Notes: generated by a model not told the origin, from the letters alone. A stretch of DNA of 64,000 bases from Octopus sinensis (GCF_006345805.1 NC_043006.1:54064001-54128000); one strand, 5' to 3'. Shown: positions 35,890-48,725, counted from the stretch's first letter. A program made the numbers and translations.

Positions 35890-37431
35890 TGTAATGTAAG
35901 GTATAAGTTAGAGGTGTTAAGCCCTCTAAGGGATGGAAGTATCCGGAGGCACTTCTGGTAATTACCTCAGTAAGTATGGTCCTTGATATAAGATGTATGG
36001 CATCAGGTAATTTAAGAGCTAAACTGTAGTTAAATGTATATATATAGACGATAAGAAAATGGAGGAAAAGCCACAAATAGAAGTGTGTCTGTTGTGCTAA
36101 AAAGCTATTATTTAATTAATTAAGCAAGGTGAGGGTAGAAGTGGGTTTACAGCTGTTTCTGTGTACCAATGTTGAGGTAAATAGGTGTTTAACACCTATT
36201 TACCTCGTTGCAAATGGTAGACGTAATCAGAACTAAGAAGGCAGAGATAGACAAAGAGGAGAATAGAGCGAAAGATAGAGGTAGAAATCGGAAAAGAAAA
36301 AGTGGAATGATTCGAAAGTCTTACATTTTAGTTGTGTTGAAAGTTCATTTAATTTCTTGTAAGGTAGTTGAAGAATAGAGGATGGTTATATGTATACATA
36401 TGTATGTATCTATATGTAAATATATACATTTATATGTGCATGTATACATACAAACATACATGTACCACAGAGAGAGGGGAGGGAGGAATTGAGAGAGAGG
36501 AGAGAAAAATGTATGGTAGATCGATTGATCGAATTATTGATATGCAGAATGCATACCGATAGATAGAAAATAGGAGAGAGGTTGACAGACAGACAGGCAG
36601 ACAGGAAGACAGAGATGCACAGAACTAGTACAGGGTATTCTGATGCCTATTAAGTGCTGTCTGTTTACAAGAACAACAACAAAAGACACCTACGTCATAT
36701 GTAAATGGCAGAATCGTCTAGAATGTTCTACATACTAGATCTTTGATATTTTATACCCAATCCTTTAATTGCAGTCAGCTGCCCCCAATAATTTTCGCAT
36801 GTGTGGAGAGCCTACATGCGTACGAATGTTTACATTATATATCCACAAATATGTTAATGTACACGAAGAAGGGATGATGTGAGTGTCATGTGTAAATGGA
36901 TATATTCATTAGTTTACTAGTAAAATACGAGAATATCACCATTCCGAAAAATACTAATAAGGCTTTACATACGTATATAGATACGTACAAGCGTACACAC
37001 ACATGTACTTATGTACGTACATACATACCTACTTACGTACGTAATACATACATACATACATACAAACATACATACATACATACATACATACATACATACA
37101 TACATACATACATACATACATACATACATACATACATACATACATACATACATACATGCATGCATACATGCATACATACATATAGGAATGCTGAAAAGTT
37201 CCTGATTTTGTGTAAAAGAAAATATAGGAAGATCAGTTATTTATGATTTTATTCAATATATTCCCCTCTCACAATCACACACTTATTACAGTGGTCCTTC
37301 AGATTTTCTAAGCCCTATAAAAGAACTCGGAAAGTCGAGCCTCCAACCAGGCCTTTCGTGACACCCTTAACGCCAGGAACTTTTCAGCATCACCACTCCG
37401 TACATACATTCGTGGCTCCGTACGTACCTAT

Positions 37432-38027
37432 TTCTTTATTACCCACAAGGGGCTACACACAGAGGGGACAAACAAGGACAGACATAGGTATTAAGTCGAT
37501 TATATCGACCCCAGTGCGAAACTGGTACTTTATCTATCGACCCCCATAGGATGAAAGGCAAAGTCGACCTCGGCGGAATTTGAACTCAGAACGTAACGAC
37601 AGACAAAATACCTATTTCTTTATTACCACAAGGGGCTACACACAGAGGGGACAAACAAGGACAGACATAGGTATTAAGTCGATTATATCGACCCCAGTGC
37701 GAAACTGGTACTTTATCTATCGACCCCCATAGGATGAAAGGCAAAGTCGACCTCGGCGGAATTTGAACTCAGAACGTAACGACAGACAAAATACCTATTT
37801 CTTTATTACCCACAAGGGGCTAAACACAGAGGGGACAAACAAGGACAGGCATAGGTATTAAGTCGATTACATCGACCCCAGTGCGTAACTGGTACTTAAT
37901 TTATCGACCCTGAAAGGATGAAAGGCAAAGTCGACCTCGGCGGAATTTGAACTCACAACGTAACGCAGACGAAATACCGCTAAGCATTTCGCCCGGCGTG
38001 CTAACGTTTCTGCCAGCTCGCCGCCTT
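37432..38027 (-). mobile_element. SINE-B tandem trimer (full copy plus two headless ~181-bp units)
   Basis: Units at about 37434-37614 and 37615-37795 nearly identical; junction aaaatacctatttc in both. Confidence 0.92.
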
Positions 38028-38183
38028 CATAGGATCGTACCGTGCGTGCGCACACATACCTGTTGAGAGAGGAAAGAGCAAGAGAGAGAGAGAGAGAGAG
38101 CAGAATATGCAAAATACAAAAAGTCAAAACTGTTTCACCATCAAAATTAGTGTAACCCTTAGAGGTATGAAAACAGTAAGTTT

Positions 38184-38210
38184 GACGTTTCAGACATTGT
38201 CCTTCTTCAG
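38184..38210 (-). ncRNA. Canonical Penelope-type hammerhead core
   Basis: CTGAAGA A GGAC aat GTCT GAAAC GTC; stem I not intact. Confidence 0.5.
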
Positions 38211-38334
38211 ATCTAGCTGTAAAGTGGACGACAGAAGTAGGGGAAAATAATATAGTAGATAATTAATAAATAATAAGAACACTGGAGGTCAACGATTCGT
38301 GTAAAATGTTCTAGTTATCCGGGTTTCCTAGATC

Positions 38335-38450
38335 TAAGTAGGGGACGTCTACTCTCCGGAACATTTCTGTGTCAGGAATCTTATCTTGCCATCTGATGCT
38401 GATAACTCTCCTTAAACAGCTCACGATGAAACCTTTCGGAATTTTGTCTT
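38335..38450 (-). pseudogene. RTE LINE ORF fragment
   Basis: FIVSCLRRVISIRWQDKIPDTEMFRR resembles the RTE motif FHxRCLRRILxIxWQDKxxNxEVLxR. Confidence 0.6.
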
Positions 38451-39499
38451 GACTTGAATATATTCAGAACTAATCAAAGCAAAATAACCAGTTGCTATTG
38501 AAATTATCTCAGACAAAGGTTAAATTGTTTCCATAACGATTAAATTATTTGCCAGTCGCGACTTTTCTAACCCGTCACAACTGATTGATTGATTAGCCGA
38601 ATTATTAATCAAAGAATCGCTTAGTTAGTTGGTTAAACAGCTAACCAATTGACGAATGCTAAAGAAGAATAGAAAGTGAACTAGTGAGTGTATTAATTCT
38701 TAGCATAATGACCCCCTCGAGATACACCAAAACGTCCATATTTCTTTCATTCTTACACCGTCTTTCGTCAGCATTTAGCCAACGATGAGACATCTCATCA
38801 ACCAATTCAATATTTCTCATAGCAACAGCGAATAGTATCAGATTTCATTCGATATCTACAAGTGGTCAATGGCCCGGACAAATATTCAAGTACATAATGT
38901 AACTTGAGAGAGGTCAATCAATTTGTAAATAACATAATAAATATAATGAAATGACTTCAAAACTGAAATGATAAACAAATAAAATAGATTAGATTTTTTT
39001 AATGGGTTGTCGATGGGGAATGAAATAAAACAATACCTATTATGAATGCGAGACGTTTTTAAAAGCCGTGCCACACTTTAATGGTTAGTCGTGATGTATG
39101 TTTGAGATTGATTATATATTTTCAGTAAGAGCCGTGACGTTAACTAAACTGTGAGGAAATGAAACAAAAAACTGGATGTAAGGAAACATATAGTTAAAAG
39201 TGCATTAACCGAGTGGCCATCTCATACAAGTGAAACATTACGTATTAATACGAGATAGTTATCTTAAGAAAGCAGACGGTAAGTGTTGCTGAGTTATCGC
39301 TCCTTGTTATCGTCTGCTTTAAGCGGTAACATGGTGGTGACAGGGGAATGACAATGTACACAGAACCCTTTTAAGTTGATTAACATCTGATTCATGTATA
39401 TTTGATACTGTTGTTTATATCTGTTCACTTGCTGCTGCTTCTGATATTTATCTCTTACCGTCCCACTCCCATCACCAGGTCTCTACACACATACGTGAT

Positions 39500-39592
39500 G
39501 GTTTGAACACGATTTCGAGTGATGCCATTTCTTGATCGTTCTCACAATCGTGAGCAGCGTGAATGTGGCTTTTCAGTCCTACTAGGGGCTTA
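39500..39592 (-). mobile_element. Diverged RTE 3' end related to the zinc-finger RTE
   Basis: Encodes LVGLKSHIH; followed by gaaatggcatcactcgaaatcg and a gtatgtgt remnant. Confidence 0.55.
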
Positions 39593-39599
39593 CATAAAT

Positions 39600-39975
39600 G
39601 CAAGCATGGTTGTGTGGTAAGAATCTTGCTTCCCAACCACATGGTTCCGGGTTCAGTCCCATTGCGAGGCACCTTCGACAAGTGTCTTCTACTATAGCCT
39701 TGGACCGACCAAAACTTGTGAATGGATTTGGTAGCGGGAAAATGAAAGAAGCACGTTGTATATTCATATATATTTGTATGTATGTGTGTTTCTCCCCCTT
39801 CCCATCCCATGACAACCGATGTTGGTGTGTTTACGTCTCCGTAACTTAGTGGTTCGGCAAAGAGACCGATAGAATAAGTACTAAGCATACAAAGAATAAG
39901 TCCTGAGGTCGATTTGTTCGACTAAAGGCGGTGCTCCAGCATGGCCTCAGTTAAATGAGTGAAACAAGTAAAAGA
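39600..39975 (+). mobile_element. SINE-A, full length
   Basis: All modules present. Confidence 0.9.
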
Positions 39976-40444
39976 ATATATATATATATAATATTAGGGT
40001 AATAAGAATTTTAGAAATCATTATTACTAGTGGCCTAGCACAAAAAAATAGTCAATAGACTATATATTATTCACATAAAAATATCGTGTACATTAAAACA
40101 CATTAAGAGGCTTCCAAATTGGAAAGCCTTGTGCTAGAAAGAGCAGTATAAAACTCAAACCACTAATTATGGATAAATTCTCGAAAGTATTGAAAATTAA
40201 AAACGTTTACCATCTAATTTAGTTCCTAGACCATGGTTTCTAACGCATTCCAGTAAAAAAAATATTTATTGAGGCTAGTTTTCAAATATACACACAACTA
40301 GATTCGCATATAAACTAGTTGCCTGTATATCCTAATTTTTTCAAAACAACCGACTTTGATAAACCTAAGTGATTGATTGACCGATCGATTGATCAAAGAA
40401 TCGAGCAGTTAATTCGTTAAATGCTATCGAATTGTCTAATAATA

Positions 40445-40632
40445 TTGGTCATAAATTTTGGCTCAACGCCATAAAGTGACTCAGTGATCAACTGGTACCG
40501 ATTTTATCGACCCTGAAAGGATGAATGGCAAACAGTACCTCGGTGGAATTTAATCTCAGGGCATAAAGATGGACGAAATGCCTAGCGCCATTTCGACCGG
40601 CGTGCTAACGATTCTGCCAGCTAGCCGCCTTA
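40445..40632 (-). mobile_element. SINE-B, diverged
   Basis: tcgaccctgaaaggatgaatggc...ctaacgattctgccagctagccgcc. Confidence 0.8.
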
Positions 40633-41219
40633 AAAAAAGAGCATCATTCAAGGAAACAGTGTACTGTTCGGTCCAGATATCCAACCAACGATCTCTTGAT
40701 CGTGCGCCGTAGTCCATAACTATTAGGCCAGAAACATTAAAATAAGTGAAACAGGATCAATGTGTGTGTGTGTGTGTGTGTGTGAGAGTGTGTGTGTGTG
40801 TGTATGTGTTTGCGAGCGCGTGTGTGTTTATTGCATAACGAGCAAAACGACCCCCCCCCGCCCAATGGACTGTGTTGAGTTGTCAAACATTTAAACCACA
40901 TTTTCTCAAAACAACTTGTCCGACCGTCCCATAGGCATCCCCTTTGAGAAATACTGATTTAACCTAAATTTGAGACACCAGCAAAAGAAATAAAGATAGA
41001 CCTTTTTTTCTATTCCAAAGAAAAACAAACGATTTTATTCACACAAATATGCAACCGAAGAGTTTAAAGTACCAGTAATGATAAGGCTGTTGACTGGGAG
41101 AACACAAACATGGTTTAAATAGTAAGCTTGGCAGGAAAGAAACGTGCCTTTAAGCAGAACAAAAACAACAAAAAATGGAAGATGCAGTTATGTACAGGCT
41201 GACGGAAGAAAAGCAGGAC

Positions 41220-41408
41220 AAAAACGGCTTTATCGATCGCATTCTCACCTAGAATCGATTTTTGTAATTTTTTCAAGACTTATACACGCCCTGATACCGT
41301 CGGTATCTACATATCAAATTTGAGCGCAATCGGATGGAGGATGCCCGATATCCTAGAAGATACAGACAGACAGACAGACAGACAGAACGAATTTTATATA
41401 ATAGATGA
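41220..41408 (-). mobile_element. Helitron/DINE-like 5' fragment
   Basis: Minus strand tcatctattatataaaattcgtt(ctgt)n..., a typical non-autonomous Helitron start. Confidence 0.5.
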
Positions 41409-41669
41409 CCCTCCTGTGATACAACAAAATCTGCTTCGAGCTCACATCAAGAATCTTGCAACCCAAATACAAAATCGGATTAAGCTTAATATTTTCCCTT
41501 TTATCCATGTACGGCCACTCAAAATTAGTGAGTGCATTAAGGTAGGTAACCAGAAGGGCTTGTGAATGTAATCAGAGAGAGCCTCCAAATGATTCCAGAT
41601 CAACTGGAATTCGCTGTCACCAATTTAATTTTTCTTTAGTCTTTTAGTCATATATTCTTTATACTTTAT

Positions 41670-41850
41670 CTTTTACTTATTTCAGCCGTTTAACTACGCG
41701 GCCATACCTCAGTACCGTTTGTAGAATTCTCGTCGAACGAATCAACCCCAGCTCTTATTTTTTTAAAAAGTCTGGTATTTATTCAATTGGACCCATTTGC
41801 TGAACTGCTTGAAACGTAAATACACCAATACCGGTTGTTAAACAGTGTAG
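41670..41850 (-). mobile_element. SINE-A 3' module, old
   Basis: cttttacttatttcagccg...aaacgtaaatacaccaataccggttgt. Confidence 0.6.
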
Positions 41851-41974
41851 GGATTTCAGTCACGCCAAGAATGCATAAAAACATGTCCTAACTTTAAGTC
41901 TACCATTAACTCGCTAGACTCACAAAAAATTGAATGCATGATGATTCTGCATCATCATCACCACCACCACCGAA

Positions 41975-42413
41975 GTTGAATAAAATTACTGCCGTTGTTT
42001 TTCAACAAGAACTTCCGGCGGTGTATATTTCGTTTGTCACTGTTATTTATGATAAAACCCTAACCCTAACTCTAACCCTAAAACCCTAACGCTAGCCCTA
42101 AAACCTTAAAACCTGTACAAACGTACGAACAATGTCATAAATAACAGTGACAAACGAAAAATACACCACCGATAGTTGTTCTTCATAAACAAAGGCAGTA
42201 AATTTTATTCAGCTGAATACACGTCTTTGATTGGTTGAAATTACCGAAATACGACAACTTTGACGTGAAATAACTTCGTAAATATAAGTTTTTCTCAAAA
42301 ATGCTAAGAGTAAAAGATATTCTATATGACACATTCTACCAGTGTCCGAAGTTTGAAAGGGTTTAATTACAAAAAATTATTTTTTAAATGTGTAGGTCAA
42401 AAGGTAAAGATCC
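41975..42413. mobile_element. Foldback MITE of the 29-kb subfamily, left end missing, with (CCCTAA)n
   Basis: Right TIR tgtaggtcaaaaggtaaagatcc; centre aaccctaaccctaactctaaccctaa. Confidence 0.85.
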
Positions 42414-43397
42414 TGATTTGGTATCTCATTATGAAATGATATGAAGGAAGTTTTGGCTGCTATTTCTAGTAGGTAAATTAAACACGTAGAATCTCCCTAG
42501 CTCGCCTGAATATAATAGGCAATGTATTTTTGTGAATGATATCAAAATTAGGTTATAGCAATTAACAAAATACTCTATTACACTAGCTTAACGGTATTCC
42601 GAAGGGGGAGCTTCATAAATCATCAATTAAATATCTTGATTCAGAGCCAATCACCGGTCACTTAGCATTTATTAATTAGAACACACTATTTTAGCCAACT
42701 AGCCTACACACATGCAATCATAACATATATACACGCCTATATGCAATTATAACATATATAACATACAGACTTACATATACACACAAGCCCATATACATAC
42801 ATACTTACATGTATACATATGCGTACATATATACATACATCTATATACGTATGTATATGTGTATATATATGTGTGTGTGCGCGCGTGTGTGTGTGTGCGC
42901 GCGCGTGTGTGTGTGTGTGTGTGTGTGAGTGTGTGCGTGCGTGCAATAACAATTTGACTCAGCTCTATATAACAAAGTTTCGTGGGGAAACGAAACAATG
43001 AGAAAATACTCACGTGCACACATGTATAAAACATACCTACCTACATACATTTATCCATGAATCCATCCATACATAAATACAAACATCCATCCATCCAACC
43101 ACCCGTCCATCAGATATACATACACACATCCATATATACATACACACATTCATCCACCATCCATCCATCCATCAATTCATCCATCCATCAATCCATCCAT
43201 CCACCATCCATCCATCCATCCATACATCCATCCGTCTCTCCATACATACGTACACACATTTCTTTCAGTTTCATATATACATACAAACGTCCGTCCGTCT
43301 ATACACACAAACACAATACATACATACACACATACATACATACATACATACATACATACATACATACATACATACATACATACATACATACATACCC

Positions 43398-43505
43398 CGA
43401 TTCGCCCGTTATAACTTGAAACTGTCATGGACGACGCGTGTGACTTTCCACTTCCCACTTCCGACTCCGCACACTTCCTCGACGTCAGCCTTGCTTCTGG
43501 CAATA
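43398..43505 (-). mobile_element. Probable LINE 3' tail ending in (GTAT)n
   Basis: GC-rich unique segment running directly into the (ATAC)n array; clade not identified. Confidence 0.35.
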
Positions 43506-43904
43506 ATTATTAATTAATAATTAGTGTATTTAAAGGGTAACAGCAATAAGGACATCGCCAACGTCAGTAACAGAACCGCAACAACAGTTACAACAACAAC
43601 AACGGCAGAAATTTCGCTTTGCTATACTGTTGTGTGTATACGTGTATGTGCGTATACATGTATGTATGTAAATACGCGCGCGCACACACACATCCATGCC
43701 CTCCTACACACACACACACACACGATCACATAGACGTGTGCTTATAAAAGCTAGAGAGAACTGGTGGTTTTATATTAGATAAATAGAGAAATAATGATCG
43801 TTCCGGGCATTTATGCTTCCATTCAGACACTGAAAGACATTAATAGGTTTCATAGTTATCATATAGCACACGCATACATAAATTAAAACATGTATATAGG
43901 CGCG

Positions 43905-44178
43905 TGCGTGGCTGTGTGGCAAGAAACTTGCTTCTCAACCAAATAGTTCCGGGTTCAGTCCTACTGCGTGGTATCTTCGGCTACTGTCCTCCACTCTAGC
44001 CTCGGGCCGACCGAAGCCTTGTGAGTGGATTTGGTAGACGGAAACTGAAAGAAGCTCGTCGTATATGTGTATATATAAAAATGTGTGTGTGTGTGTGCGT
44101 GTGTTAGTGCGCGCGTCTTTGTGTCTGTCTTTGCTCCCACCACCACCACCACCACCACCACCACCACTTGACAACCGG
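43905..44178 (+). mobile_element. SINE-A, 3'-truncated
   Basis: Head and core, internal (TG)n, start of 3' module. Confidence 0.85.
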
Positions 44179-44189
44179 TGTTAGTGAGT

Positions 44190-44598
44190 GGCCGAAAGAG
44201 TACGATCTTGGATGCTATTAGCCGCAGTGGGGTTCCTGCAAAGGATCTCCTGAGTAACGTTACTCGACAGGGTGTTTGGCCTCAGAGATCATAGAGTCTC
44301 TCCAGATCGAAGCACTACTTCTCCGTTTTGAGAGGTCATGGCTTCAATACTATGGATATGAGATTAGAATGTCGCAGGGAAATGATTGCAAAGCAAATTC
44401 ACCAGAACTAAGCAAACTGGTAGGATATCTAAGGGTAAACTAAGGACGAGATGATTGAATAATATCCATAGAATTTGTTGGTCACTCATAGGAATCAAGC
44501 CGGAAAATCTAATGGGAATTGCTTCTGATAGGCCCCTGAGTCCTCAACCCACACGACTGTCTCAGGAACAGTGGACGGAGAAGATGGATAGATAGATA
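44190..44598 (+). pseudogene. RTE-like LINE 3' end
   Basis: LRFERSWLQYYGYEIRM...KQI...KGKLRTR*LNNI resembles LRWxGHVxRM...RGRPRTRWxDNI; ends gatggatagatag. Confidence 0.6.
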
Positions 44599-44641
44599 TT
44601 GGAGCACCGGCCACAGGCTACAGTTTATATTATATTTATAT

Positions 44642-44912
44642 CAGTGCTCCGCAACCGGTATGCTGCGGCACACTGGTGTGCCACGAGGAGATGCTAGGTG
44701 TGCCGCAGTAGAACCTGAATATAATTTTTTCCCCTATTATAGGCGTAGGAGTGGCTGTGTGGTAAGTAGCTTGCTTACGAACCACATGGTTCCGGGTTCA
44801 GTCCCACTGCGTGACACTTTGGGCAAGTGTCTTCTACTACAGCCTCGGGCCGACCAAAGCCTTGTGAGTGGATTTGATAGACGGAAACTGAAAGAAGCCC
44901 GTCGTATATATG

Positions 44913-44987
<75 letters not shown>

Positions 44988-45318
44988 CGTTTGTCTGTCT
45001 ATGTTTGCCCCCCACCCCCACCCAATATCGCTTGACAACCGATGCTGGTGTGTTTACGTCTCCGTAACTTAGCGGTTCGGCAAAACAGACTGAAAACAGA
45101 CTGATAGAATAAGTACTAGGCTTACAAAGAATAAGTCATGGTGTCGATTTGCACGACTAAAGGCGGTGCTCCAGCATGGCCACAGCCAAATGACTGAAAC
45201 AAGAAAAAGAGTAAAAGAGAGTATACTTGTAGTTTTATTTTTTGGTTCAGGTGAGCCGCCGAATTTTGAAAAGAATGTAAGTGTACCGCAAGTAAAAAAA
45301 AAAGTTTGCGGAGCACTG
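44642..45318. mobile_element. hAT-type MITE containing a nested SINE-A
   Basis: TIR cagtgctccgcaa / ttgcggagcactg; perfect 8-bp TSD atttatat. Confidence 0.9.
44742..45220 (+). mobile_element. SINE-A, full length, nested in the hAT MITE
   Basis: All modules present. Confidence 0.92.
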
Positions 45319-45514
45319 ATTTATATTGGATAAGCCAGGACTTTACGGATATTATTTTAGTCCTCTCGAAAATTAAAATTGATCTGGATGGAATTTCAAT
45401 TCAAAATATAAAAACATTGTAACTAATCACCACAAAGTATTTTGTCCGACGCTCTGTCGACTCAGTTAACTATTCTTAAGGAAGAAAATGCTGATTCAGC
45501 AGTCGAGGTGTTAG

Positions 45515-45778
45515 CATTTTGGTGACCGGTAATGAAGTCACAGGAAAAAAACGTCACAGTAATAAAGTCACAATTTTGGCTAAGAAAAAAAGTCAAAATT
45601 AATTTATGGTGACTGGTAATAAAGTCACAGGTAAAAAGTAACAATTAATTTATGGGATTCGGAAAAACCCCACGTAGGACAAAACACCCTCGGACAACAC
45701 CACCCCCGGACAAAATCCATGTGACTTTATTTTTCTCGTGACTTTTTTTATCTGTGACTTTTTTTAAACCTGGATTCA
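45515..45778. repeat. Unclassified gtcac-subrepeat element
   Basis: ggtgaccggtaatgaagtcacagg ... tgtgactt ... aacctggattc. Confidence 0.75.
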
Positions 45779-45830
45779 GGATTTCACCGTTAATGGGTTC
45801 ATTAGCCTCCGTTCAGTCTCAACCACAACT

Positions 45831-45889
<59 letters not shown>

Positions 45890-46533
45890 TCTCTCTCTCT
45901 CTCTCACTCACTTTGGCTGTATATGTATGAGTTAATAAATCGCCTGCTGAAAAATTACGCAGCTATCTGGTTATTTGTGTGTGCAAGGCTTTAAAAATAA
46001 ATATATTCAAGTTTAGAGCAATATTAAAACATTAAAAAAAAATTACACGCGCACACACATCCGTGCGTGCAAACACACACACGCGCGCTCTTTCACTCTC
46101 TCTCTCTCTCTCTCTCTTTCTCTTTCTCTTTCATGCACACACAAATGTCATTTTGTTTAAGACATTTTTATATTTTGTCATATTGTCACTTTAAGTTTGA
46201 ATTCATTTTTATTGAGCCTTTTGTTGAAGTTTTGCAAGAAAAATTATTATATTTGTAAAATATGTAGTTTTGAAATTGCTATCAGAGTTCCTAACAAAGG
46301 TTCTAAAATAAATTACTTTTCCAATATAAATACTTTTTCGTTGTAAGGCTCATCAGTAGTGTATATATATATATTAAAATTTGAGAATTTTCTGCTATTT
46401 AAGGAATATTTTGCAGAACATTACTAACGTGTATAAAACCAATAACTTTATGTTACTGATTTCGCTGTCACATGCTGAAGACGGTCCATTTGTTCAATCG
46501 TACATAACCCCCAAAACTCAAACAGAATTTATC

Positions 46534-46847
46534 GGTACTTGTATCGCAGAGTGGTCCCGGTTTGGGCAGACGCGCAGACGCGCGTCCGTGCTAGCCAGAC
46601 GTAGGCAGTCGATCCTACGAGCTGACTGGCGCATGCACGATATATACGATATATACTCGTATATATACGATATATACTTGTATCGCACGTCCCCAAGTAT
46701 ATATCGTATATATACAAGTATATATCGATACAAGTATATATCGTGCATGCGCCAGTCAGCTCGTAGGATCGACTGCCTACGTCTGGCTAGCGCGGACGTG
46801 CGTCTGCGCGTGTGTGCAAACCGGGACCACTCTGCGATACAAGTACC
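46534..46847. mobile_element. Near-perfect palindromic MITE, Merlin- or MULE-like
   Basis: GGTACTTGTATCGCAGAGTGG...CCACTCTGCGATACAAGTACC; perfect 9-bp TSD gaatttatc (46525-46533, 46848-46856). Confidence 0.88.
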
Positions 46848-47585
46848 GAATTTATCTGTATTACACGTTAAATTCTAGTGAATTGGGTTTAAAAAAAAAC
46901 AACAAAAAAAACATTATATGACTTTTAAATGACAAAGATGGTTACGAATAATTTAAAAAAATATATCGTATCATGCCGCTGCGTGACGTTATCGTCGATC
47001 AACTAAGCTTGTTTTGTATACGACTCGAGTGTAAAGTTGTGAATATGTATTCGTAAGATGCACAATGTCAGTGCCCCTGTGCTGCTAAATGTGATTAAGT
47101 TGCTATCTCACCAATTATAGGACGCCTTCGAGATTTAATTTCAGGATGAAATGCATGCCCGGCAAGGTGTTAAGGTTGTGTGGGTATAAGGATTGTGTGC
47201 AGAAGATAAAAAGAAGAGTGAGGAGTGGTGTCATATGAGGATTGTGTGACTTGTTGATGACAAGTGATTAGGTTGTATTACGCATGAAAATTGTGTAAAT
47301 GAGACTAACACATTTCGATGCATTAAGAAAAGCTAGACAAGCTATTATTACGCAGTGAATATGCAGTAACAATGAATAAAAGGGGGAAAAGACAACGGAC
47401 AGAAAATATATGTTAGATTATTTAAACATTTAAGCTATTCAAAGTTTTCATTGCAATTCAAGTTAAGAAATAAAGTTTATCTCAGTAAGACGATCCTCTG
47501 AGTAAGAAATAAAATAGAAGCGTGTCTCGTTGTTGACAGAAATTTGTCGCAAATATTGTTTGTAGGAAGATTTCGCTGTCTAATG

Positions 47586-48215
47586 CAGGGGTTCTCAACC
47601 GGAGTCCATATGGTCCTTGGGGGTCCCTTAGAAGATTTTGTGGTTAAAATTTATCTGCAATAAATTGGTTTTACTTCTATAATGCTCAAACCATTTTAAC
47701 GTATTTTTGTAATACAATCCCGAATAATAATTAATTATAAAAATATACTCTTTTTTCATTCTTTTACTTGTTTCGGTCATTTGAACGCGACGATGCTGGG
47801 CTGGGGTACCCCCTTTAGTCGAGCAAATCGAACCCAGGACTTATTCTTCGTAAGCCTAGTACTTATTCTATCGGTATCTTTTGCCGAACCGCTAAGTTAC
47901 GGGGACGTAAACACACCATCATCGGTTGTCAAGCGATGTTGGTGGGACAAACACAGACACACAAACATATACACGCACATACATACATGCATAAACATAT
48001 ATACGACGGGCTTCTTTTCAGTTTCCATCTACCAAATCCACTTACAGGGCTTTCGTCGGCCCGTGGCTATAGTAGAAAACACTTGCCTAAGGTGCCATGC
48101 AGTGGGACTGAACCCGGAACCATGAGGCTGGTAAGCAAGCTACTTACCACACATCCACTCCTGCGCCTAGAATTTTTTAAACTAGGGTCCATCCGGAGAG
48201 AAATAGGAACCACTG
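47586..48215. mobile_element. hAT-type MITE containing a nested SINE-A
   Basis: TIR caggggttctcaa / ataggaaccactg; TSD gtctaatg/gtctaatt (7 of 8). Confidence 0.75.
47749..48168 (-). mobile_element. SINE-A, full length
   Basis: All modules present. Confidence 0.9.
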
Positions 48216-48304
48216 GTCTAATTGTTTAAAATAGTCAGATAAAAATAAAAAAGACATCGCTGAATATAAGACGCTTTATTTAAGACTTAGCTTTCGAAAG
48301 TTTT

Positions 48305-48535
48305 CCTTTCAGCCATTTGACTGCGGCCATGCTGGGGCATGGTTTTGAAGGATTTAATCGAAAAGCTCGGACCCAGTACTTACGTTTTCTTTTTTCTTTT
48401 TCTTTTTCAGAATGTTATTTATTCTATCGGTCTCTTTTGCCGAACAGCTAAGTTACTAGGACGTAAACAAACCCACATTGGTTGTCAAGCTGTGGTGGGG
48501 AACAAACATGACACAAACACAGACACACACAGACA
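48305..48535 (-). mobile_element. SINE-A 3' module
   Basis: ttcagccatttgactgcggccatgctgg...tcttttgccgaacagctaagttac. Confidence 0.8.
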
Positions 48536-48566
48536 TGTGTGTGTGCGTGTGTGTGTGTGTGTGTGT

Positions 48567-48725
48567 GAGCATAGCCTAGTGGTTTCATCCATGATCGCGA
48601 GGTCGTAGTTTCAGTTCATGGTCCGGGTAGTGCGTTGTATTCTTGAGCAAAACACTTCATCTCACTTTGCTCTGCGATCACTTCGACACCCATGGAACAT
48701 CTACAACAGATATGGGTAACCTTAT
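48567..48725 (+). mobile_element. SINE-C, diverged
   Basis: tagcctagtgg...ccgggtagtgcgttgtattcttgagcaaaacacttcatctcactttgctc. Confidence 0.6.

Noticed and set aside
37432-38027. CRISPR-like repeat array
   Set aside because: Eukaryotic context; the units are whole SINE bodies without unique spacers; no cas genes.
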